A DNA stretch of 64,000 nucleotides, taken from the NCBI RefSeq assembly GCF_006345805.1, contig NC_043002.1, positions 114,018,001-114,082,000 on the forward strand. Reading direction: 5' to 3'. Positions within the stretch are counted from its first letter, which is position 1. Each line of letters begins with the position of its first letter. The position numbers and the translations under genes are program-made. The stretch is from Octopus sinensis. Taxonomy: Eukaryota. The notes below the pieces were generated by a model that was not told where the DNA came from, did no database searches, and saw only the letters and a program-made list of their open reading frames with translations. Below are positions 1 through 10,640 of the stretch, piece after piece.

Positions 1-89
1 CAGCCATGCTACATGGTAGTGAAACATGGGCCGTGACTGCTGAGGATATGCGTAAGCTTGCAAGAAATGAAGCCAGTATGCTCCGATGA

Positions 90-407
90 ATGTGTAATGT
101 CAGTGTTCATACCCGACAGAGTGTAAGTGCCTTGAGAGAAAATTTGGACCTAAGAAGCATCAGTTGTGGTGTGCAAGAGAGACGCCTACGCTGGTATGGA
201 CACGTGGTAAGAATGGATGAAGATAGTTGTGTGAAAAAGTCCCACACTCTAGCGGTTGAGGGAACCTGTGGAAGACGTAGACCCAGGAAAACCTGGGACG
301 AGGTGGTGAAGCACGACCTTCGCTCTTTAGGTCTCACCGAGGAAATGACCAGAGACAGAGACCTTTGGAAGTATGCTGTGCGTGAGAAGACCTGGCAGGA
401 TAAGTAA
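90..407 (+). pseudogene. RTE reverse transcriptase C-terminal fragment
   Basis: The frame continues upstream (LHGSETWAVTAEDMRKLARNEASMLR) but is broken by a TGA just before 90. Confidence 0.85.
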
Positions 408-574
408 GGCCATAACCCGTGGCCCCTACCTGGGACGGAGTCAGTCCACCTGTGCATACCTTCCTTCTTGGGACACATACCTCTACTTGTGAAGACCTGT
501 TGAGGCAAGTGAAAATCAAAAAATCAAAAATCAAATCGAAATCAATCAACATCAATGGAATTTGTAGTTGTGAT

Positions 575-790
575 ACCAGTGCCGGTGGCACATAAGAGTA
601 CCATCCGAACGTGGCTGTAGCCAGCACCGCATCGACTGGCCTCCATGCTGGTGGCACATAACAAACACCATCCGATCATGGCCATTGCCAGCCTCGCCTG
701 GCCTCCGTGCTGGTGGCATGTAAAAAGCACCATCTGAGCATGGCTGTTGCCAGCCTCGCCTGGCCTCCATGCCGGTGACACGTAAAAAGC
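575..790 (+). repeat. About four ~60-bp tandem units in the RTE 3' UTR
   Basis: Repeated ggtggca(c/t)(a/g)taaaaagcaccatc...gccagcc...ctggcctcc units. Confidence 0.85.
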
Positions 791-952
791 ACCCACTACA
801 CTCACGGAGTGGTTGGCGTTAGGAAGGGCATCCAGCCGTAGAAACATTGCCAGATCAAACTGAGCCTGGTGCAGCCTACTGGCTTCCCAGACCTCGGTCG
901 AACCGTCCAACCCATGCTAGCATGGAAAGCGGATGTTAAACGATGATGATGA

Positions 953-1190
953 TACACACACACACACGTATATATTTGTGATTTGTGTTGTGTGTCTTTG
1001 TGTTTGTCCCCCATTATTACTTGCCAACTCGTATTAGTTTATCTAAGTCCCCATAACTTAGTGGTTCAGCAAACGAACTCAAGAGAATAAGTACCGGGAT
1101 TAAAAAATAAGTACAGGGTTCAATTTGCTCAACTAAACCCTTCAAAGAGGTGCTCCAGCATGACAGCAGTGCATTGACTGAAACAAAAGA
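953..1190 (+). mobile_element. SINE family A, 3' half (diverged)
   Basis: gtgtttgtcccc...aataagtac...ggtgctccagcatg...gactgaaacaaaagag matches the 3' half of the full copies at 5416-6773. Confidence 0.8.
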
Positions 1191-1639
1191 GATATTCAAT
1201 CAGTGAAAACAGAAGGTCTTAGCTAAAGACATTTCTTTCTCTCTATCTATCTATATGTGCGTGTGTGTGTGTGCATATAGGAAGGGTTGGGGCAAAATGA
1301 GGTGATTTTACTGCCTTTTTGAGTTTGAGACAAAATATATTTTTTACAAATGTTCTCTATCTTACAAAAACTGTATCAGCTAAGTAAGTGACCTTTTCTA
1401 AATGCATTAAAAGCATTAAAACATAATCTGATCACTATTTCAGAAAATTATCGCAGTTCTCTTTCAGCATATAAAAGACAAGTTTGACTGGGGCAAAATG
1501 AGTAAACCATGATAGGTAAACTAGCCTTTTCAAATCTTCATCAATATCCATTCCTAGACATCAGAAAGGTTAGAAATGAAAAAAAAATATTAAATATCTA
1601 GAACTATTCCACTAGGCATGGTCTGTAACTCCAACTATA

Positions 1640-1676
1640 GGCACAGAAGTGGCTGTGTGGTAAGAAGCTTGCTTCC
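1640..1676 (+). mobile_element. SINE family A head, interrupted (continues at 4955)
   Basis: ggcacagaagtggctgtgtggtaagaagcttgcttcc is the family A tRNA-derived start (A box TGGCTGTGTGG). It breaks off at 1676. Confidence 0.9.
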
Positions 1677-3232
1677 AGTTGAACAGTGAGGACGTGAGCT
1701 TTGAGCTCCGTCCTAAAAAGAAAAAAAGAACAAAAACAGAGAAGGTTGTCGAGGTAGGTGATTTCGTTTGTTGTGAGCTGGGCATAATTTATTGCATGCG
1801 AATTATTTTTTCCAGTAAATTGTGCCCAGCTCTGGGACAATTTCGCCTGCTCTCGGCGGCTGCTGTTTTTGTATATTGTGAATTTATTGTGAATTTTTGG
1901 ATTCATTTAAAAAAAAAAAAAGGGGAGGTGGGGCGTATCCTCGCCCAAATAGAACCTGTTACAGTTGCTGTTGCAGTTACCGTTGGCTGTAGCCAGTATT
2001 GTGTTTGGATTTATTGGATTTATTTTACCAATTACGGGGAAAAAAAAAAAGATTTATGCCAAGATTTATTCACATTAGGCCGAGAGTACCTGTTGGCCAG
2101 GAAATTGGATTTTTGCTGTTTTCCGTCTATCTTTCCTGATTTTTTCTTTCTTTTTGAACTGTTAATTTATTTTTTTTGGACTTACTTTGTTTTATTTATT
2201 TTTTTTTTTTTTACATCTTCTTTGACTCTTTCTTTTTTTGCACGTGGCAAAAATAAACGGTGCTGCTGCTTTGAAGTGGGAGGTGATCCCACCCAAACAG
2301 TGGACTAAAGATCTTGAGAAGAGGACGGTGGTACTACGGACCTATTCTAGGTCGTGTGGTGCCATCGCCCTCTTCGACAAGAGTGTGATAGAGAAAGAGT
2401 TTGCAGACTACCTACCAACTATAAAATTTATTTCACGGGGGACCAAATTTGCAACAGTCTGGTTGCTGTTTGGTACCCCCGAGGAAGCTGGCAGATTTGC
2501 CAGCGAGCCCTTTGAGGGGAAAGAAATTTTGTTCCTCCCCACCTATTGTGGGAGGAAGATAAGAAGAGCCTGGGTGTGCGGGCTGCCCCCGGACACAGAG
2601 GTGGGATAGATCGAAGATACCATCCGGCGAGGCCTGGGGGATAGCGGTCAACTGGGAGGGGTCAAAGGCAACTTTGACCCTATGGACCCCGGTGGCCGTG
2701 GGAGATATGACATTCCCAGACTTCCTAAGAATGGCCGGGTACAGGTACCCAGTTATACTTGAGGGACGCCCTCCCCCCCCAGTGTCACCTGTGCCATATC
2801 AAAAGGAACTGTCCAGGTGGCCCTGGAGCATGAGAAAGAGAAGGTGCCCGTCGCCCCCTCATTGGAGGGGGAGACGGTTGAAGTCGTGGAGTAAGTTGCC
2901 TCCAAGAAAAGAAAAAGAAAGGTGAGCAACAATGGTTGCTCACCAAAGAATGTTCAGGCGGCGGAGGAGGGTAGCGACCCCCTGCGTCAGTCGACGCAGC
3001 CTCCTGCTCCCACAGCCTCAAAAAGAAAGAGGAAAAAGAGGAGCAGAGGACGGTCGGCGGTACCTGACAAAGAGAATTGTTGTCAGAAACTTTGTATTCG
3101 AGGGTTTGTCGGTCGGTGGGCGCCGACATCCCTCTCATCCGTATCATTTTGTTTCATTTCATCTCATCTTGTCCATGTCCAGCCCACAAGCTTCTATCTG
3201 TGTGCTGCCCTTGTGGCAAATTAAATGAAATA
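1677..3232 (+). mobile_element. ORF1-only Tx1/L1-like non-autonomous retroelement E1
   Basis: Flanked by aagaagctt(g/a)cttcc at 1662-1676 and 3233-3247. Layout: T-rich 5' UTR, ORF1-like frame, 3' end ...ggcaaattaaatgaaataa. No endonuclease or RT sequence seen. Confidence 0.8.
2244..3070 (+). pseudogene. Tx1/L1-type ORF1 (RRM-like region plus degenerate zinc knuckle), copy E1
   Basis: ...TVWLLFGTPEEA...LPTYCGRKIRRAWVCGLPP...; FLRMAGYRYPVILEGRPP is followed by CHLC-HIKRNC at 2783-2812 (LEPG deleted relative to E2). Start codon is GTG; stops and frameshifts present. Confidence 0.75.
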
Positions 3233-3247
3233 AAGAAGCTTACTTCC

Positions 3248-4954
3248 CTCACTACTGTGTGGACATGTTCTTCTTCGCTGCTGGAGTCACGTCTTTGTAT
3301 ACCAACATCATGAATTATTGAAGCACAACTACCAGGTAAGACATTTGTTTTTTGGGGATTCAGTGGGAGTTTGTTGCTCGCATTTATTTTTGTCTAACAA
3401 GAAATCTCCACTGAGTTCCATGCATGTCTGTGGTTGTGTTTAAAGTCTCACTTAGCGGTAAGAAGTGTGTTTTGGGGGCGTATCCCTCCTCCTATAATTG
3501 TGTTCTTTTTTTTTTTAACTTTGAACTTTTGTCTTTTGTGGATGTTTTTCGAAAAAGAAACATGGCAAAGAAGATAAATAACACTGTGTTGGAGTGGGAG
3601 ATTGTCCCACTCAAACAGTGGATGAAAGACTTTGAAGAGAGGATTGTGGTTCTGTGAACGTACTCCAAGTTGCTCTACGTCATCGCCCTCTTTCAAAAGA
3701 GTGAAATTGAGAAAGAGTTGGCAGAATATTTGCCAACTATTAAATTCATCTCCGGTGGGGGGGGGGTCAACGGTGTGGTTGCTGTTTGACACTCCTGAGG
3801 AGGCTTGCAAATTTGTGAGCCAGCCCTTGGAGGGCAAAGAGATTTTGTTTCTTCCCACGTATTATGGGAAGAAGTTAACAAGAGCTTGGGTTTGCAGGTT
3901 GCCACCCGGGATAGAACCCGAGTGGACAGAGGAAACTATCTGCCAGGGTCTGGGTGGCAGCAGAGCCAAGCTCCTCAATATGAAAATTTTGCCTGCGGCT
4001 GATTGGGTTGGGTGAAAAGCTGTTTTGACCCTGTGGACCCAATCAGCCAAGAATCTGGTTTTTCCAGAGATTTTTTGAAAATGGCCAGGTGCAGGTACCT
4101 GGTGATTCTTGAGGGACGTCCCTCCCCCCATCAAGTGTCACCTGTGCCTGGAACCAGGCCACATCAAAAAGAACTGTCCCCAGAACCAGAGTAGAGTCCT
4201 GGAGCAGTTGGTTGTGGAAAAGCCCCTCCATTCCTCCTCCAGAAGGAGCGATAGAGGTAGGTGAGGAGGGAGAGACCTCCCTCAGAAAAAAGGGGAAGAA
4301 AGGTTAGCAGCAATGGTTACTCACCAAAGGATCCTAAAGCTGCGGGAGAAAGCGATGTTCCTCCAGTTAAGGCGAAGGAACCAACCCCTCCCGTAACAAA
4401 GGCAAAAAAACAGAATGGGACAGTGCTGGCAGCTTGCAGTGCACTGCCAGCATGTCCCGAAACCTCGTTGGTGGGAATTGTGCCACTGACAGAGGAAACT
4501 GTGGCCCCTCCCAGTGAAAATAATGAGGAATTTGTGATCTTTCTTTGTAAGAAGTTTTGAAGGTCGAGGACAGGCAGTCCCGACCTGCATTGATTGCCCA
4601 CATTGGCCTCCACAGGTGGCTGCAGAGGTCATGGAGGAGAGTTACTTTTATAAGATAATGCATGCCTTTTCTAAGGAGGAATCCAATTATCTTTTCTGTG
4701 TCCCCGACTTGCTACTGCAAGAGGTGGAGTGAGAGATCTTGGCGCCTCAATTGCTTTAGAATTTTTTGACTACTGTAAGAGGTTCATTACCTCATTTGTG
4801 TTTTAAAAAATAGAGAAAAAACGAACAGTGTTTTCAAGGAGCATCGATCAGCAAGCATCGTTTGCTTTTCTCATCATTCATTTCATTTGTGTTGTTGTCC
4901 AGCCCGCATTTGCTTCTATCTTTGTAATGCCTTTATGGCAAATGTAATGAAATA
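3248..4954 (+). mobile_element. ORF1-only Tx1/L1-like non-autonomous retroelement E2
   Basis: Flanked by the target repeat at 3233-3247 and 4955-4969. 3' end ...ggcaaatgtaatgaaataa is homologous to E1; the 5' UTR differs from E1. Confidence 0.8.
3562..4730 (+). pseudogene. Tx1/L1-type ORF1 with intact CCHC zinc knuckle, copy E2
   Basis: ATG at 3562 (MAKKINNTVLEWEIVP). CHLCLEPGHIKKNC (CX2CX4HX4C) at 4136-4177. 35/46 aa identical to E1 over TVWLLF...LPP. Stop at 3655 and several frameshifts. Confidence 0.8.
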
Positions 4955-5335
4955 AAGAAGCTTGCTTCCCAACCACATGGTTCTGGGTTTATTCCCACTG
5001 CATGGCACCTTGAGCAAGTGTCTTCTACTATAGCTCTGAGCTGACCAAAGCCTTCTGAGTGGTTTTGGTAGATGGAAACTGAAAGAAGCCCGTTGTATAT
5101 ACATCTATATGTATGTATGTATTTGTGTGTCTGTGTTTGTACCCCAACACCACCATCGCTTGACATCTGATGTTGGTGTGTTTGCGTCCCCGTAACTTAG
5201 CGGTTTGGCAAAAGAGGCCGATAGAGAAAGTACTAAGCTTACAAAGAATAAGTCCTGGGGTGGATTTGTTCGACTAAAGGCGGTGCTTCAGCATGGCCAC
5301 ATTCAAACGACTGCGATAAGTAAAAGAATAAAAGG
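4955..5335 (+). mobile_element. SINE family A, remainder after the E1/E2 insertion
   Basis: Resumes aagaagcttgcttcccaaccacatggttc..., then B box region, ccttgagcaagtgtcttctactatagc segment, internal (TA/TG)n and 3' body. Confidence 0.92.
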
Positions 5336-5415
5336 TCCAATGAAAGAGATTCATGGAAAAATGGCACAAGATATGAAATAACGAAGTTCGACTAGTTAAA
5401 AAAAAAACTCAACAT

Positions 5416-5796
5416 AGGCGCAGGAGTGGCTGTGTGGTAAGTAGCTTGCTAACCAACCACATGGTTCCGGGTTCAGTCCCACTGCGTGGCATCTTGGACA
5501 AGTGTCTTCTGCTATAGCCCTGGGCTGACCAATGCCTTGTGAGTGGATCTGGTAGACAGAAACTGAAAGAAGCCTGTCGTATATATGTATATATATATAA
5601 GTGTATGTGTTTGTCCCCCTAGCATTGCTTGACAACCGATGCTGGTGTGTTTACGTCCCCGTCACTTAGCGGTTCGGCAAAAGAGCCGATAGAATAAGTA
5701 CTGGGCTTACAAAGAATAAGTCCCGGGGTCGATTTGCTCGACTAAAGGCGGTGCTCCAGCATGGTCGCAGTCAAATGACTGAAACAAGTAAAAGAG
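5416..5796 (+). mobile_element. SINE family A, full length (tRNA head, CORE-like segment, internal microsatellite, gtaaaaga tail)
   Basis: A box TGGCTGTGTGG and B box GGTTCAGTCCC. Near-identical to the neighbouring copies. Similarity to published octopus OR-type/CORE SINEs is from memory and unverified. Confidence 0.92.
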
Positions 5797-5799
5797 TAT

Positions 5800-6190
5800 A
5801 GGTGCAGGAGTGGCTGTGTGGTAAGTAGCTTGCTTACCAATCACATGGTTCCAGGTTCATTCCCACAGCGTGGCACCTTGGGCAAGTGTCTTTTACTATA
5901 GCCTCGGGCCGACCAAAGCCTTGTGAGTGGATTTGGTAGACAGAAACTGAAAGAAGCCCGTAGTATATATATATGTGTCGGTGTGTTTGTATTTGTCCCC
6001 CCCACCACCACCAACATCGCTTGACAACCGATGCTGGTGTGTTTACGTCCCCGTAACTTAGCGGTTCGGCAAAAAGAGACCTATAAAATAAGTACTGGGC
6101 TTACAAAGAATAAGTCCCGGGGTCGATTTGCTCGACCAAAGGCGGTGCTCCAGCATGGCAGCAGTCAAATGACTGAAACAAGTAAAAGAG
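5800..6190 (+). mobile_element. SINE family A, full length
   Basis: Starts directly after the tail of the previous copy (aaaagagtata|ggtgcaggag). Confidence 0.92.
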
Positions 6191-6376
6191 TATATCACCG
6201 CTTATTTTATGCCTTTTCTTCTCAAGCTGTTCTGCTAAACATTGAATAGTTTTATAGAAAACTTTATTTCATACCCTTATATTTTCCTATTTATATTATT
6301 AATGTTCTTTTTTTTATTATCCATCTTATACCCTCTATCTTATATTTATCTGTTTATATTTTTCTTACAATTAATA

Positions 6377-6773
6377 TGCGCAGGAGTGGCTGTGTGGTAA
6401 GTAGCTTGCTTACCAACCACATGGTTCCAGGTTCAGTCCACTGCGTGGCATCTTGGGCAAGTGTCTTCTGCTATAGCCCCGGACCGACCAAAGCCTTGTG
6501 AGTGGATTTGGTAGACGGAAACTGAAAGAAGCCTGTCGTATATATGTATGTGTGTGTACATGTTTGTGTGTCTGTGTTTGTCCCCCTAGCATTGCTTGAC
6601 AACCGATGCTGGCGTGTTTACGTCCCCGTTACTTAGCGGTTCGGCAAAAGAGACCGATAGAATAAGTACTGGGCTTACAAAGAATAAGTCCTGGGGTCGA
6701 TTTGCTCGACTAAAGGCGGTGCTCCAGCATGGCCGCAGTCAAATGACTGAAACAAGTAAAAGAGTAAAAGAGA
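6377..6773 (+). mobile_element. SINE family A, full length
   Basis: Same head, body and tail as 5416-5796. Confidence 0.92.
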
Positions 6774-7799
6774 GAATATATTTCTTAATCCTTATAACAG
6801 TCTCTCGACTAACTTCACCCATTATTCCGATTCCGTAATGCACTTATCTATTACAGTTCATCACACAACAGACACTACACTCTTCTCAAGAGTCTATTGA
6901 ATGAACACTTAGATGTTTTCATATATATACCACACACACACGTATATATATATACACATACACACGCACACATGTATGAATAGATATGGAGGAAGAGAGA
7001 AAGAGGGAGGGGCAGTGTTTGAGTGTGTTTTAGATCTATGTACGTTTCTTTTTCTATGTATAAATGAAACCAAATATTTTTTGTTTCTTGTTATTTGCAT
7101 TTATTGTGTTAAAAAAGCAAAGTTTTATAATGGAAACATATGAGCAATTAAATATATATAAAGCAATCATTAGAGTAGGTCGTCACCATATAGATTAAAC
7201 TATTACGTAGAATACAGAGACACATTCACATCATTACTTTCAAGGAAAGCAAAACGACCACCAGCAGTGTATTACTAACATGTATAACTTTAAATTAATA
7301 AAATAAGGCCTCAAACGTACGTGTGAAGTTTAAGATTTTTATGTGACTGAGCGGTTGTGATGTCTATCTTTTTCTATAGTCATTAGCGACTTAAGAGAAA
7401 TTGTTTTGAACTGAGAATCTAAATGAAAAGGATTTCTTTATCTTTAGTTTAGTCTGCCACTTCAAATACAGAGGGTGGAATGTCGCATTTTCTAGCAGAA
7501 TTTTGCATCCAAATGATTTTTATTTACAAAATGAAAACTTATTTGAAGTTGACACAAATATCTATTTACGTGTATTTATTAGAGTAATCAGCTCATTTTC
7601 TCGGTTTATCATGTTTATGTGTATGTATCATAGAAAACTTCTAGAGCGAACACCAGCATATAAATGAAGGCTACATTGTAGTTGTTTAAAACAACGAATC
7701 AACTGATGACATGTATTTGGCCTTTGGAGGATTGAGGTAGGAGATAATAAAAAATCAGAATATAATGACTCATTCATAGCTTCTCAAATGGCCTACCTA

Positions 7800-8099
7800 C
7801 CTACTGATAGATAGATAGGTAGAAAGATAGATATATAGGTAGATCTATATATAGATACATAGATAGATATATAGGTAGATCTATGTATGGATAGATAGGT
7901 AGATAGATATATAGGTAGATAGATATATAGGTAGATCTATGTATGGATAGATAGGTAGATAGATATATAGGTAGATCTATGTATGGATAGATAGGTAGAT
8001 AGATAGATAGATCTATGTATGGATAGATAGGTAGATAGATAGATAGATCTATGTATGGATAGATAGGTAGATAGATAGATCTATGTATGGATAGATAGG

Positions 8100-8172
<73 letters not shown>

Positions 8173-8235
8173 CTATGTATGGATAGATAGGTAGATAGAT
8201 AGATAAGTATGTATGTAGGTATGTATGTATGCATA
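7800..8235. repeat. (GATA)n compound satellite with higher-order units
   Basis: Recurrent gatagatctatgtatggatagataggta units plus a pure GATA run. Confidence 0.95.
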
Positions 8236-10211
8236 CACATGCACACGAGGAGAATTCGAGTAAGATTTCTGAATCACCTGTCGTCATGGGGATTAACACC
8301 ATAACGAAGACGATTACCAACTGAAAATTGTTGTGTTGACACCCGCAAATAACTACGGATGACGAAGAAACAAAAAACGACATGCTAGCAATGTGTGTGT
8401 GAGTCAGATGGAGGGTAGTGAAATTAAGGCTTGGTTCGCCAAACCTTCCAGGAAATATATACGATTTGTGCACGTAAACAAAAGTGGGTAACAAATAACA
8501 AATGACTTAGTCGCAACAGGGAAAAAAAAAAACGTGTTTAGGAGGAAGTTTTAATTCACTTTTAAATGTTTTCCCTCCGCATTACAAATTACAAACAAGT
8601 ACTTCTTGTTAGCTGCTTGATAACTTATTTTCAATACACCTACATTACTTCCACAGACGTTGGTGTGCCTTGTATTAATTAATGCACATCAACAACTAGT
8701 TAAGTATGACGAGAGAGGTATAAAGCAATTAACAAATATATTTCTACGTGTTTATATTAAATATAAATTGTTATTATGATACGGGATCATTGAGTTTTTA
8801 ATCTTGAGTACATTTCGATACGTCAACAATAGGAAAGTTTTTGGAGGGGTTGGGGGGGATCCTTAGGCAAGGATTGAACTCCCAGAAAATTTGTTTTTAG
8901 AATTACGAACTACAACTATATTCTTTTTTTCAGATAACGGATATTAATTAAACCCACCAGGATTCTTTAGTTAAGTGTATGTGTGCGTGTTTGGATACAC
9001 TTGTGTAGAGGAAAGGACATATTCGGACGAATTTTTTAAAAAACCATAAAACATTGCGAGGGCAGGGTTTGAACTGTCCCAACTATCTGCAGCGTTGGTT
9101 CAAATAATACAATATCTGCAGTCCAGTGCTCTCTATAAATTGTAATTAAAAACTTGCCAGAAACTTGTGACGTTTAAATTAGGTAACGAACAGTCAGTGG
9201 GGAAATACCTCCATCAGCTGATGTTCTAAAAGTTTTTATGTTCTTTTCGCTCGCCTTAGGATAACCACACCTCCCTCATATTTTCAGCACAATCAACCAA
9301 CACTATCGTCTTACATTCTATTTACTTAAAAAATAAAAACTTTAATAAAATCTATCACCCTCATCGCTGTAATATTGCTGAAGACTGGGTATTCAGATTC
9401 AATTGTACAATTCCCAACCCGTATTAATTCGCTTTTAGCTATCAGCTTTAAACCCTCGAACAGTAAGTAAAAACGAATGTTTCTCTACACGACCCCAGAA
9501 AATGAAGACATTCCGAGCGAATTTGACAACGATCTCAAAATTAACGATGTTAAAAAAATAATTATTGGAAATAATTTAAACTTTTTTTTTATATATACAA
9601 TAACCTGCAATTTAATTTGAACTGGAGGCCTTTAGATTTTGTAGACAAAACTTAAGGCAACATTAAAACACAAAACCTGGCGTAATTAAGGAAAATTTGT
9701 CGTTAAAAAAACACTAATAACTTGCTAAAAGTTTTTTTTTCTGTATTTCTATATCGTCAGTAGAAAAAGGGATTGTTTGTGTATACTAAGGTAGTGGTTA
9801 ATTAAGGGCACTATGTTATTATGAGTATTTTAGATATCTTTGGGCTGAATAAGAAAAATATCACAGAACAATTTACTCTGAATTCGTGATCATTCTTCTT
9901 TTCCTTCTCGGTATACCAATTATTTTTCTTTGTATACAGAATATACATATACATATATATATATATATACACACACATATGAGTGCGCGCGCGCGTGTAT
10001 TTGTTTACATATTTGTGGGAACAAGAATCTAAGACACAAAACTACTTTTAAAATATCCCACTTCCATACTTTGAAGAAGTTTGATCTCGCTCTACATTTC
10101 ACAGTAAAGTGCTACTAAAATCCGTATAAACACATATTTCTTGTGTCGCGGGAGAGAGAGAGAGAAAGAAAGAAAGAGAAGCTGAACTGTTAAAGTACTT
10201 TATTTACTCAC

Positions 10212-10227
10212 CCAGTCTGTCAACCAT
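10212..10227 (-). CDS. PLEKHF2: Probable first coding exon of a PLEKHF2/Phafin-type PH-FYVE protein (MVDRL + first base of the next codon)
   Basis: Minus strand reads ATG GTT GAC AGA CTG G|GTGAGT, a consensus donor in phase 1. MVDRL-A matches the N-terminus of PLEKHF2 as I recall it (MVDRLANSEAN). It lies just downstream of a CpG-rich promoter. Only 5 codons; I did not find exon 2 in the window. Confidence 0.6.
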
Positions 10228-10479
10228 TTTGAATCAAGTCGTGCCTCCTCCGTCGACCGACCGTAAACTCACGCTCGATGGGTTTGCTTTCGGTCAACTC
10301 CCAAAAGCAAAGGCTGCTTTTCAGCTTTTCTTCAAATGTAATAAAAGAAAAGCTCCCGAAAAAATTAATCCTTTGAAAAGCGGAAAGAAGATACAATTGT
10401 TTAAGGTGTTTTTCTTTTCACTATCGACTTTGTTTCTTCTCTAAATATCTCAGTGTTTTCGATTTTCCTACTTTTACCG

Positions 10480-10640
10480 AACTAACATACTAAGACTTGG
10501 TCGCCTTCGCGCGTTACACTATCAAATGTTTGTGAATGAAATGTTTCTAAATTTGACCTCATTGCTTTCGTCACTTCCGTTCCGGTCACGCTCGTAACCC
10601 TAACCGGGTTGTAACGTATTCGAGCGCGCACTAATTCTCT
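10480..10640. promoter_or_regulatory. CpG-rich, possibly bidirectional promoter
   Basis: CpG-dense island in an AT-rich background. ETS-type ACTTCCG at 10573-10579 and TTCCGG at 10580-10585; TAACCCTAACC at 10595-10605. Confidence 0.65.

Larger units (their letters stand above)
1..952 (+). mobile_element. RTE-clade LINE, 3' portion (RT C-terminus, 3' UTR with tandem units, terminal palindrome and (GAT)n tail)
   Basis: ORF 90-407 reads RLRWYGHVVRMDEDSCVKK...GRRRPRKTWDEVVKHDL...DRDLW, a typical RTE ORF end. Palindrome CCATGCTAGCATGG at 912-925, then gatgatgatgat. The same tail recurs many times in the window. Confidence 0.9.

Noticed and set aside
575-790. Repeated hairpins with intervening sequence resembling a CRISPR array
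   Set aside because: The intervening segments are homologous to each other, there are no cas genes, and the array sits in a eukaryotic LINE 3' UTR.
1679-2308. 209-aa hydrophobic ORF in the E1 5' region
   Set aside because: It crosses poly-T/poly-A tracts of the UTR and has no counterpart in E2.
9745-9765. CTGACGA...GAAA on the minus strand
   Set aside because: No room for stem II and no stem I, so not a hammerhead.
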